From Oligoflexia bacterium (GTDB lineage: Bacteria > Bdellovibrionota > UBA1018), in assembly GCA_903895855.1 (NCBI GenBank), contig CAITVN010000072.1, forward strand, positions 67,932 through 131,931: a DNA stretch of 64,000 bases. Direction: 5' to 3'. A model generated the notes under the pieces. It ran no database searches, was not told the origin of the DNA, and saw only the letters and a list, made by a program, of their open reading frames with translations. A program made the translations under genes and the position numbers. Below, one piece after another: positions 31,701-40,164 of the stretch (within the stretch, counting starts at the first letter, position 1; every line of letters starts with the position of its first letter).

Positions 31701-31737
31701 AATAAAAATGGCGCCACCGATAATTCGATGGCGCCAT
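31701..31737 (-). terminator. intrinsic terminator downstream of metK
   Basis: GC-rich hairpin ATGGCGCC...GGCGCCAT (31708-31737). On the minus strand it is followed by a TTTTATT run. It lies 30 nt past the metK stop. Confidence 0.7.
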
Positions 31738-31768
31738 AAATGTAAATTCAGCCGCTTTCGACTAGTAA

Positions 31769-32935
31769 CTATTTTACCGATTTCAGGGCGTTCACTTTAT
31801 CAGTTCGTTCCCAAGTAAATTCAGAATCAGTGCGACCAAAGTGTCCGTACGCAGCAGTTTTAGAATAAATAGGTCTCAACAAATCGAGACTTTCGATGAT
31901 TCCGGCTGGTCGAAGCTGAAACACTTCTCTAGCTGCCGCTTCAAGTTTTGAAATAGCCACTTTTTCAGTTCCATAGCCATTAACCATCACACTGACTGGT
32001 TCAGCCACGCCGATAGCGTAAGCTAATTGAACCAAACAACGATCAACCAAGCCAGCTGCTACCAAATTCTTGGCAACATATCGAGCCATGTAACAAGCTG
32101 ATCGATCGACCTTCGATGGATCTTTGCCTGAAAAAGCACCACCACCGTGCGCGCCATGGCCTCCGTAAGTGTCGACGATAATTTTGCGGCCAGTTAAACC
32201 ACAATCACCCATCGGACCCCCCACCACGAATCGGCCAGTCGGATTGATTAAATATTTCGTTTTTGAATCTAAGAAGCTTGAAGGAATGACCTTCTTAATC
32301 ACTTCTTCTCTCACCACTTCTTCGATTTGACGATGAGTCGCTTTTTCATCATGTTGTGAGCTGACGACAACGGCATCAACACGCTTTGCTTTTCCATTTT
32401 CGTATTCGATCGTGACTTGAGTTTTTCCGTCAGGTCGTAACCAAGCAGCGGTTCCGTTTTTTCTGACATCGGTCAGGCGCATGGCAAGCTTATGCGACCA
32501 ATCAATCGTCAACGGCATGAACTCTTCGCTTTCACGAACCGCATAACCGAACATGATGCCTTGATCGCCTGCACCTTGCTCGCGACTGTTGTGCATACCT
32601 TCGCCAGCCGTCACACCTTGAGAAATGTCTGGAGACTGACGATCTAGTGTGACCATCACTCCACAAGTCTTGTAATCGAACCCTTTATCTGAAGAGTCGT
32701 ACCCAATTTTTTTGATCGTTTCGCGAGCAATGTGGGCGTAATCAACGCGTGCATTCGTGGTGACTTCACCGGCAACTACCACCAAGCCAGTTGTCACTAA
32801 AGTCTCACAAGCCACACGAGACCTTGGGTCTTGTGTTAAAAGGGCGTCTAATACTGCATCTGAAATCTGATCTGAAATCTTGTCTGGGTGCCCTTCGGTG
32901 ACTGACTCAGAGGTAAAAAGGTAATTTCCATTCAT
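31769..32935 (-). CDS. metK: S-adenosylmethionine synthetase
   Basis: 388 aa with GHPDK, GAGDQG and DxGxTGRKII motifs. Confidence 0.95.
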   Translation of the reverse strand: MNGNYLFTSESVTEGHPDKISDQISDAVLDALLTQDPRSRVACETLVTTGLVVVAGEVTTNARVDYAHIARETIKKIGYDSSDKGFDYKTCGVMVTLDRQSPDISQGVTAGEGMHNSREQGAGDQGIMFGYAVRESEEFMPLTIDWSHKLAMRLTDVRKNGTAAWLRPDGKTQVTIEYENGKAKRVDAVVVSSQHDEKATHRQIEEVVREEVIKKVIPSSFLDSKTKYLINPTGRFVVGGPMGDCGLTGRKIIVDTYGGHGAHGGGAFSGKDPSKVDRSACYMARYVAKNLVAAGLVDRCLVQLAYAIGVAEPVSVMVNGYGTEKVAISKLEAAAREVFQLRPAGIIESLDLLRPIYSKTAAYGHFGRTDSEFTWERTDKVNALKSVK

Positions 32936-33157
32936 ATGTTATTGTCTCTTTCCTTTAAAAAAAATCCGAATCTGCTGTCTAATAACCCCAACAAGGCCCC
33001 AGAATAACCAAGATAAGCAAAGTGAGAACCACTTCGACTTGGCTTGGCTAAATCAGAGATCACGGATTTTTCGCGATGATTTAACTTCACTTCTTGCTAA
33101 CGACAAACGAACTAAACCCCAAAGCCTGGCACCTAAAACGCCCCCAGCTTCGTTAAA

Positions 33158-33283
33158 TTAGTCTTTATGTATCGCAAACTTAGGCGTTGTTCCTTTGTTT
33201 TGCTGTTCTTTTTTTCGACCCTTGCCTTTATTGCGTTTTTTCACATTGCGGGCGTTACGAGTTTTTCCGGTTCTTGATGACAT
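33158..33283 (-). CDS. candidate 41-aa highly basic peptide (MSSRTGKTRNARNVKKRNKGKGRKKEQQNKGTTPKFAIHKD)
   Basis: Hand-translated ATG..TAA ORF in the A-rich metK upstream region. It is below the ORF-track length cut-off. It could be a chance ORF in AT-rich DNA. Confidence 0.2.
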   Translation of the reverse strand: MSSRTGKTRNARNVKKRNKGKGRKKEQQNKGTTPKFAIHKD

Positions 33284-33372
33284 GACATTCTCACTTTCTA
33301 AATTGCCTTCCTCGAATAGCCTTGGCCTAAGCGTTTTGTCAACACCAACAACGCACGAAGCGGGTATTCTTA

Positions 33373-34965
33373 TTGCAGAAATTCACCAAACCTATGGCAA
33401 ACCAAACTATCGAAAAGCCCTCACGACGGTCATTATTCATTTCACTTAGCCTGAGACTACCCCTCGCCCTACTGAGCACAGGCCAAATAGACCTAGCCTA
33501 TTCAGCCGAGCAGGCCCCAGTTCAAGCCACTAGTCAGCGATTACCCGCATTGCGAATTTCAATCGGCGAACAGCGGCTTCTGCATTTTGAAAAAATCCAT
33601 CAGTACACGATCGGCTCTGAGTCCGTAATTCATGCTAAGCGCCTCGAAAAAAGCGATCACCTCATGATCAAGGGCATTTCAGTCGGAAAAACCGACCTCT
33701 GGGTTTGGACTGAACCCAACCTTGTGAAAATGCGGTCGGTCATCGTTAATCCTTTGAGATACCCCTCACAAAATTCGAGAAGAAGCTCAAATCAGACAGG
33801 GCAAGACGAATCATTAGATTCAGTCAACTTGCCCGAAAGCCTACTCGCCGAAACCGAAAGCTTGCAAGAAATCGAGGTTACCTATGGCAAATCGACCCTT
33901 TTACTCACCGGAGAGCTGAATACCGAAGAAGAAGCAAAAAAAATCGCCACTCTCAAGCTAGCTTTTCCATCAATGATCGACGACCAAACAACCGTATCGT
34001 CAAAACTTGCTAGGATCGGAAAAAATAAACTCGAAAACTGGCTTGCCGACTCAAAAAATCCTTATCAACTGAAAGTGACGGTCACAGATCAGAGGCTCAA
34101 AATTGAGGGCGATGTGCTCAAATCTGACTCAAAGAAGACCTTAGAAAAAACCGTTCACCAACTGGTTCCGTGGTGTGACATCGACTTTGACTCACCGCCA
34201 GACAGAGCCCCAACCGTGCACTTGAAGGCCACGATACTAGAACTCGAAACCCACGCATTCAAAAAAATCGGCAGCCAACTTTCACAGACCTCCCCCATTC
34301 AGGCGCAGATTTTCTCTCAAGTCTCACTTTCACCAGCCGAATTTGATCTCTGGCTAAGCACCATCGAGGCCGACGGTCAGGCTAAGGTACTTTCAAAACC
34401 CGACCTTGTACTCAGAGTACCTGGCGAAGCTGAACTCTTTTCAGGCGGCGAGCTTCCGATACTCAAAAAAAACCACGTGAGCTCAGACATCGAATGGAAG
34501 CCCTTCGGCCTTCAACTCAAAGTCAAAATGCAGTCTGAATCGGGCTCTTACCTTCGCCTCGACATTCAAGGCGAAGTTTCAAGCCTAGCGCCTGAGATTT
34601 CTTCAACTGAAAACACACCGGGTATTAAAACCAACCGATTTCACTCTCAAGTTGACGCCAAATACGGAGTTCCGCTCCTGCTTTCAGGCCTTCTGCAAAA
34701 CCGTTCACACTCGCTGAACCAGGGAATACCTTGGTTTCGAAAAATTCCGTTAATAGGGGCGTTTTTCGGCACTGACGAAGAAAAATCTGAAAATACTGAG
34801 ATTGTGGCCATTCTCTTAATCGAAAAAAACTTGCCCCACGTGAGGCCCGATTCGGTGCGTGTTCGATCTGATCTCACCGAAGCAGCTGCCCGAGAATCAG
34901 AGACTGCAGCACCCACTCTATCCCCCGGGCGATTGTGGATTGAACGAAAGGCGATCATTCAATGA
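33373..34965 (+). CDS. secretin (CpaC/RcpA-like, Tad/T2SS family)
   Basis: TTG start and a signal peptide. The C-terminal secretin domain is GVPLLLSGLLQNRS...IPWFRKIPLIGAFFG...TEIVAILL. Confidence 0.75.
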   Translation: MQKFTKPMANQTIEKPSRRSLFISLSLRLPLALLSTGQIDLAYSAEQAPVQATSQRLPALRISIGEQRLLHFEKIHQYTIGSESVIHAKRLEKSDHLMIKGISVGKTDLWVWTEPNLVKMRSVIVNPLRYPSQNSRRSSNQTGQDESLDSVNLPESLLAETESLQEIEVTYGKSTLLLTGELNTEEEAKKIATLKLAFPSMIDDQTTVSSKLARIGKNKLENWLADSKNPYQLKVTVTDQRLKIEGDVLKSDSKKTLEKTVHQLVPWCDIDFDSPPDRAPTVHLKATILELETHAFKKIGSQLSQTSPIQAQIFSQVSLSPAEFDLWLSTIEADGQAKVLSKPDLVLRVPGEAELFSGGELPILKKNHVSSDIEWKPFGLQLKVKMQSESGSYLRLDIQGEVSSLAPEISSTENTPGIKTNRFHSQVDAKYGVPLLLSGLLQNRSHSLNQGIPWFRKIPLIGAFFGTDEEKSENTEIVAILLIEKNLPHVRPDSVRVRSDLTEAAARESETAAPTLSPGRLWIERKAIIQ

Positions 34966-35927
34966 CCCCTTCGAACACCACAACTGAAGGCCTGCAACAG
35001 CTCATCGAAACAGGAATTTTCAACCACTTGCCAATCTGTGATGTGTGCATCACCCCTGTGGTCAACGGCACTACCGCGCAAGTCTTTGTCGACACTGGCG
35101 AAGGAATGGTAGAACTGCCCAGCCAAATTTCTCACAGTCAGGTTCAACAATGGGCACTGGGTCTCATGAACAAATCGGGCAGAAGCTGGGATGCCAAGTA
35201 TCCGTTCATGGATTTTCGCCACATCGATCAATGCGGAGCCTGGCGGGTGCACATCGCCTTTCAACCTGCCTCGGTACATGGGCCCAGCATTTCACTTCGC
35301 CGTCTTTCAGTAGGCTCTTCAAGCGCCCGAAACTGGCAACCGACATCACATTTTGAACTCTTGAAAAAAGCTGTCGATAACAAAGAAAGTATTCTGATCG
35401 CTGGGGCCACCGGATCTGGAAAAACAACCTTACTCAGTGATCTACTGGGTTATGCCGCGGCCAGCGAGCGCATTTTAGTTCTCGAAGACACTCCAGAAAT
35501 TTCTACCGCCCACCCCCATGTTTTGAATTTGTCGGCGCGCCCCCCTAATTCAGACGGCATGGGTGAAATCACCTTGCGACATCTCGTTCGTGAATCTCTT
35601 CGCATGAGGCCAGATCGAATCATTCTGGGCGAATGCCGAGGTGGAGAAGTTCTCGATTTGCTTCAAAGCCTCAACACTGGACACCGCGGCTCGCTTGCGA
35701 CACTTCACGCCAACAGCGCAAGAGATGCGTTGCGTCGACTTGAATTACTTTGCTACCTTCAAGCCACCAACCCGCCACCTCATTCTATCATTCGGGATCT
35801 CATTGTACACGGCGTTCAGTGGGTGGTGCACTTGCGTCGAAATAACGGTTCGAGAGTGATTTCTGAAATTCTTCGAATTGAGGGGCGCGAAGGAGATACC
35901 ATCTTGGCTAGGCCCATGTTAGACTAG
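34962..35927 (+). CDS. CpaF/TadA/VirB11-family secretion ATPase
   Basis: Walker A GATGSGKTT, Asp box VLEDTPE and His box LGECRGGE. It overlaps the secretin stop by 4 nt. Confidence 0.8.
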   Translation: MTPSNTTTEGLQQLIETGIFNHLPICDVCITPVVNGTTAQVFVDTGEGMVELPSQISHSQVQQWALGLMNKSGRSWDAKYPFMDFRHIDQCGAWRVHIAFQPASVHGPSISLRRLSVGSSSARNWQPTSHFELLKKAVDNKESILIAGATGSGKTTLLSDLLGYAAASERILVLEDTPEISTAHPHVLNLSARPPNSDGMGEITLRHLVRESLRMRPDRIILGECRGGEVLDLLQSLNTGHRGSLATLHANSARDALRRLELLCYLQATNPPPHSIIRDLIVHGVQWVVHLRRNNGSRVISEILRIEGREGDTILARPMLD

Positions 35928-35932
35928 GGCCC

Positions 35933-36382
35933 ATGTTGCATCCGAAGACTTTCTCAAAACAATTTCACTTAGTGATGTCAGTTGTCTACTTAGTTGGCGG
36001 GTTAATCTTTTTCTTTTTACCCAAAGAGCTCTTCTACTTCATTAATGTCGTGCCGACGGTTTTTCACATCGGAAACCCGGTTTCTGAATCAAGCGAATAC
36101 TTCTGGCTAGCGCTGGCGACCTCGATGATGATCATGCTCAGTTTGATTAGTTTTCTCAGCTACAAAACCAAGTCAGCTGAAACGTTAAAAGCCTTGATGA
36201 GCGTTCACGCCCTTTCGAAGATAACGTCAACGCTAGGATTTTTATTGTTAGCACTCAAAGGCCATGTGTTCGCCTATTGGTCTGGAATCATCACCGATTT
36301 TCCGCTTTTCTTGATCGTCATTTGGCTGATAACGAAGGTCGACGTAATTACCGAGACTTCGAAAGGTTCTCCTGAAGCATGA
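35933..36382 (+). CDS. small four-TM membrane protein, hypothetical
   Basis: 149 aa with four hydrophobic helices and no recognised motif. Confidence 0.45.
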   Translation: MLHPKTFSKQFHLVMSVVYLVGGLIFFFLPKELFYFINVVPTVFHIGNPVSESSEYFWLALATSMMIMLSLISFLSYKTKSAETLKALMSVHALSKITSTLGFLLLALKGHVFAYWSGIITDFPLFLIVIWLITKVDVITETSKGSPEA

Positions 36383-37392
36383 GCTCAATTTCAAATCAGC
36401 CATTCTGGAATCGACCCGACACCAACCTTTCTCGAGGTTTTCAAGAAGTTTGGTACCTCAAATTTAATATTCCCAATACGCAGTCGGCTCTTTGGCTTCG
36501 ATTCACTTTGCTCAGCTCTTCGAACCAATTCAGACAAGTCGCCGAACTTTGGGGAATTTACTTTGACCACCAAAATGGAGCGACTTCAAAACTCGCCCTC
36601 AAACAAACGTTCGCAATGAGTGCCGCATCTTTCGACCCCCCAGTTATCAAGATCGGACAGTCTACTTTATCGAATCAGGCAACTGACGGGGTGATTCAAT
36701 CTCGCGGCAAATCGATTGCGTGGAGCCTAAAAACAACCCAGCGCTCGGTAGCATCGTGCAACCTGGTACCCAAACCGCTTTCACAACTAAAACTGGTGAA
36801 AAATACGGTTGAGTCGGTCTACGAAGACCTGCTGTTTTCTGGCTGGATCGAAATCGATGGAAATCGAATTGAAATCGACAAAGCCCTCGGAATGCAAGCA
36901 CACCTGGCTGGCCCAAAGAATGGCCACAACTGGGTCTGGGCCCACTGCAATTCATTCACTGACGAAAAAAATCACCTCAAAGATTTTGTCTTCGAAGGCT
37001 TGGCAGCAAGAGCCCGACTTCCGGGTGGCTTGCCCACACCAACGATCACCAGCCTCTATTTTTGGTACCAAGGCAAACCGTACTTTTTTAGCACTCCCAC
37101 CGATTGGTTTCGCTGCCATCAGAAATTGAAACCAAACTGTTGGGAAATTCAGGCTGAACGAGGCAAGTTGCGATTTCAAGGCACCATCGAATTTGAACTG
37201 CGCGATTTTGCGGGAGTCACTTACGAAGACACCGATGGATCACTCTTGTATTGCTCAAATTCAAAACTCTCGAACGCCCGATTTTCGGTTTATGAAAATG
37301 GGCGGTTGATTGAAAATTTCGTTTCGAAGCGATCGGCCGCACTTGAAATCGTGAGCCGAGAGAAAAATCTATACACCCCACTACTCGTGTAG
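36379..37392 (+). CDS. hypothetical protein
   Basis: 337 aa soluble protein with no motif I can assign. Translationally coupled to the preceding gene. Confidence 0.5.
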   Translation: MSSISNQPFWNRPDTNLSRGFQEVWYLKFNIPNTQSALWLRFTLLSSSNQFRQVAELWGIYFDHQNGATSKLALKQTFAMSAASFDPPVIKIGQSTLSNQATDGVIQSRGKSIAWSLKTTQRSVASCNLVPKPLSQLKLVKNTVESVYEDLLFSGWIEIDGNRIEIDKALGMQAHLAGPKNGHNWVWAHCNSFTDEKNHLKDFVFEGLAARARLPGGLPTPTITSLYFWYQGKPYFFSTPTDWFRCHQKLKPNCWEIQAERGKLRFQGTIEFELRDFAGVTYEDTDGSLLYCSNSKLSNARFSVYENGRLIENFVSKRSAALEIVSREKNLYTPLLV

Positions 37393-37553
37393 CTGCATCA
37401 GTTTGCGAATCGCCGAATAGCTCGAGTGCTTTGAAAAGTGATGAACTCTGCCAAAAACCAAGGTCATCATGATCGCCCACATACCGATGACCTCAAAAAT
37501 CATTTTGGAGATTTCATGAGTCGATTTAGTCGCCTGATGAGTCGTCTTATTTT

Positions 37554-38597
37554 TCATGTCGATTCTTTCATCACCAAAGCCATTGCGACCACCAGGAGCG
37601 AGAGAACAGAGGGTAAAACAAAGAGAAACAAAGGCTTGATCGCCCGAGTGGGTAGCGTCGATAACCCCTTCTTGAGCTCTGAACTCCAATTGATTTGAAA
37701 CGCCTGAATTGAAGCCCCAATGCGATCTAGGCAGGGCCGCCCATCAAAAAGGCTCGCCCGAATCGAAATGAGCAATTGCTCACGAAAATCGCTCACCCAG
37801 AAAGGAAGTGATTTAAACTCGTCGGTTTCATAAGAATGACGCGTTTCAAATCGAAAGGGCCCCCAAAAATCAGCGAGCAAACTCGAATGTTGGGCTAGGG
37901 TTTCTAGCGTTTGATTCCAACCTCGGTCGGCGGGCTCACCCGCTTTGATTTGACTCATCAATTTCTCGGCACCTGCCATCAACCAAATCGGCCAATCTTT
38001 TTGTGAAGCATTCAAGCCGACTGAAAAAATCAGGTCGATTTCGCGACTAAGAAAATAGGCACCTAACACCGACCAACTCATCGAAAACAGAACAACGCAA
38101 AACCACAAGGCACTGTCAGCCGAAATCACATCCAGGAGCGCATAGAGCCCGGCTCCAGTGATCGGAACCAACAAGAAACAAATCCAGATCTGAGCACGAG
38201 CTGGCGCCGCTAACGCGTGAGCCTCAGCTAGAGTTTGGTGACTCAGCTCAATCAGCCCTTTGAATCGGTCAAAAACAGGAATGATCGAAGCCCCTCTTTT
38301 TCGCAGTTGATCGACACACTCAAAAAGCACCCCACCCCAGGGAGTAGGTAACGACTGAACCGCACTGCCCCAGTTCTCAGGCAGACTCAAGCCCACTTCG
38401 AGTCTCGATTTCAGATCTCTGATCACTTCTCGCACTTGCTCAAGCTTTGTTAGCGCGACGAAACTCGGGTTCTCTTTTCTAAAAATGAAGCTACGGAGAG
38501 CTGAAACCGAGAACCAGCTCTTTGCTGCCAAGATTAATAGTGCCACCGCGACTGACCAGGCAAAGTAAGATGAAGCCATAAGGTCTTTGCTATTCAA
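37554..38597 (-). CDS. polytopic membrane protein, hypothetical
   Basis: 347 aa with about four TM helices and two soluble loops. TTG start. It might be a TadB/GspF-like platform protein, but I cannot support that from motifs. Confidence 0.4.
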   Translation of the reverse strand: MNSKDLMASSYFAWSVAVALLILAAKSWFSVSALRSFIFRKENPSFVALTKLEQVREVIRDLKSRLEVGLSLPENWGSAVQSLPTPWGGVLFECVDQLRKRGASIIPVFDRFKGLIELSHQTLAEAHALAAPARAQIWICFLLVPITGAGLYALLDVISADSALWFCVVLFSMSWSVLGAYFLSREIDLIFSVGLNASQKDWPIWLMAGAEKLMSQIKAGEPADRGWNQTLETLAQHSSLLADFWGPFRFETRHSYETDEFKSLPFWVSDFREQLLISIRASLFDGRPCLDRIGASIQAFQINWSSELKKGLSTLPTRAIKPLFLFVLPSVLSLLVVAMALVMKEST

Positions 38598-38725
38598 GAG
38601 CTATTCCAGCCGGAGAGGACTCGCCTACGGTTGCACTCGGCACTTCTGTTGGCCAAAGCAACTCCAGGCTCTGAGAGAAGGGGCGGCTCCATGCCTGACC
38701 AGCCCCTCACAAATGGAGATTACAT

Positions 38726-38813
38726 GGGAACTGAAATTTTTGGAGCTCCCGCGTCGCACGATGCGACATGGCGGGCGACAACACGATGTTGGTCTCTAAA
38801 AATTTCAGTTCCC
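38726..38813. repeat. 16-bp perfect inverted repeat (GGGAACTGAAATTTTT / AAAAATTTCAGTTCCC) enclosing a 56-nt palindrome-rich core
   Basis: The arms are at 38726-38741 and 38798-38813. The core contains GGAGCTCC, GTCGCACGATGCGAC and CAACACGATGTTG palindromes, and two CACGATG heptamers. Confidence 0.8.
38774..38813 (+). repeat. copy 1 of a repeated intergenic element (GGCGACAACACGATGTTGGTCTC plus AAAAATT(T)CAG tail)
   Basis: The 23-nt core is identical to 42030-42052. The tails are similar (TAAAAATTTCAGTTCCCATTTAAT versus AAAAATTCAGAGTTCAATTTTTAAT). Confidence 0.8.
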
Positions 38814-38909
38814 ATTTAATCTCTATTTGTGGAGGAAGCCTCAGGCTGGTAGATAACCCCACGCAACCGTCGAATGACTCTCTCTACGCGCCACGCGCTC
38901 GCGAGTTCA

Positions 38910-39191
38910 TCAAATTTTTGACTGTACAGGTGGTCTGCCTGGCAAGCGAAACACCAAATCACCTAGGCTACCCAGAAGCCGATCGCACTCCTCGAGGTAT
39001 TTTTCAGGAACCTGAAGCTCCATATCGCGAAAATGGTCGGTAATCGGACCCGGTAGCGTCGAATAACTGACGATTCCATCTTGAGCTTCGAGAACCGTGT
39101 AGAAAAAGGCTGAATCCTCTTTTTTTACACGAACGAAAACCCAATAGACTCCTTTTGAAAATTCTGGGGCTGGATGCAGTTTTTCAGGCAT
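38910..39191 (-). CDS. small hypothetical protein
   Basis: 93 aa with balanced composition, divergent from the cpoB-like gene. Confidence 0.4.
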   Translation of the reverse strand: MPEKLHPAPEFSKGVYWVFVRVKKEDSAFFYTVLEAQDGIVSYSTLPGPITDHFRDMELQVPEKYLEECDRLLGSLGDLVFRLPGRPPVQSKI

Positions 39192-40164
39192 GTTCTTTCC
39201 AAGCGTGTTATTTTTTAACTATATGATGGCTTCGACAATTATCGGTAAACAAGAAAAAATTCGAGTACAAACGCTCAGCTCACTCAATCTTTTACTCTCG
39301 ACTCTGTTTTTAGTGGTCGTTTTGAGTGCCTGTGCAGGTTCTGCGAAAAAACCTGACGAAAAAGAAGCGGCCCCCGCTGCCCCCGCTGCCACTGCCGCCG
39401 CGCCAGCTGCCCAGACGCAAAATGACGAGCTGCGAGCCATGCTCCAAAATCTGAACACTCGAATCGACTCGCTCGAAACAAAACTAGGATCATTGAATGA
39501 AAAAGTAGATCAGACCAAAGGTCGGGTAGACCAGTCGGTCGCTGCACAAATGATGACGCCTGTTAACAGCCCTGCGAATTCAAAAAAAGGAATTTCTCCC
39601 GAAGTCGCAAAACGAAGCGAAGACCCTGAGTTCGGATTCATCACCGATCAAGCGGTCACTGAATTTCGTCGCGGCATGATTTTATTTGAAGGTAGTAAGT
39701 ACCCAGAAGCCGTTCTGCAGTTCACGTCGTTTCTTGAGCAATTTGCTGATCACGCCCTTGCCGGCAATGTACAGTACTACATTGGCGAATCTTATTTTCG
39801 CCAAAAAGAGTACAAACTAGCAGCTCAAGAATTTCAACGAGTCTTGACTTCATACGATCGCAGCCCCGCGATCTCAATGGCTCTGAAAGGGTTAGTACAA
39901 ACTTCAGATTCTCTCAAAAACGAAAAAGAAGCCTCACACTATCGACAAACACTGCTTTCATTGTTTCCGCAGTCACCGGCCGCCGGAGAACTCGCCAACG
40001 TAAAAATCAGTGCAACACCAGCGCCCGCGGCCGTTTCAGCGGCAGCCGCTCCCACAGCATCGGGCGGAGCCTCAGCCGCCGCCATGCCTGAAACTGCGCC
40101 GATTAAGGCTCAACCAAATGAAGCTTCACCCACGCATCCAGAAAAATCAGGAGCTCAACATTGA
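39190..40164 (+). CDS. CpoB/YbgF-like lipoprotein (coiled coil plus TPR)
   Basis: Lipobox LSAC, an Ala/Pro linker, a coiled-coil segment LQNLNTRIDSLETKLGSLNEKVDQ and C-terminal TPR repeats resembling CpoB. Confidence 0.6.
   Translation: MFFPSVLFFNYMMASTIIGKQEKIRVQTLSSLNLLLSTLFLVVVLSACAGSAKKPDEKEAAPAAPAATAAAPAAQTQNDELRAMLQNLNTRIDSLETKLGSLNEKVDQTKGRVDQSVAAQMMTPVNSPANSKKGISPEVAKRSEDPEFGFITDQAVTEFRRGMILFEGSKYPEAVLQFTSFLEQFADHALAGNVQYYIGESYFRQKEYKLAAQEFQRVLTSYDRSPAISMALKGLVQTSDSLKNEKEASHYRQTLLSLFPQSPAAGELANVKISATPAPAAVSAAAAPTASGGASAAAMPETAPIKAQPNEASPTHPEKSGAQH

Noticed and set aside
32936-33160. SAM riboswitch upstream of metK
   Set aside because: Reading the minus-strand leader, I could not find the SAM-I conserved segments (no GGAGGGA...GCAACC core) or an obvious SAM-II pseudoknot pattern. 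It is left open for an Rfam scan.
33195-33449. 84-aa plus-strand ORF in the metK/secretin intergenic region
   Set aside because: It has a TTG start and a Phe/Leu/Cys-rich product from a T-rich strand. It overlaps the candidate basic peptide on the opposite strand and runs in an alternate frame toward the secretin start. It reads as a reverse-frame artefact.
37393-37553. Convergent intergenic region after the secretin cluster, examined for a terminator (contains CTCGAG-centred partial palindrome)
   Set aside because: No stable GC stem followed by a U-run was found on either strand.
38587-38819. Two overlapping small plus-strand ORFs (70 aa and 62 aa) in the structured intergenic element
   Set aside because: They overlap each other in different frames, use TTG or weak starts and sit exactly on the inverted repeat and palindromes. 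This favours non-coding structured DNA or RNA.
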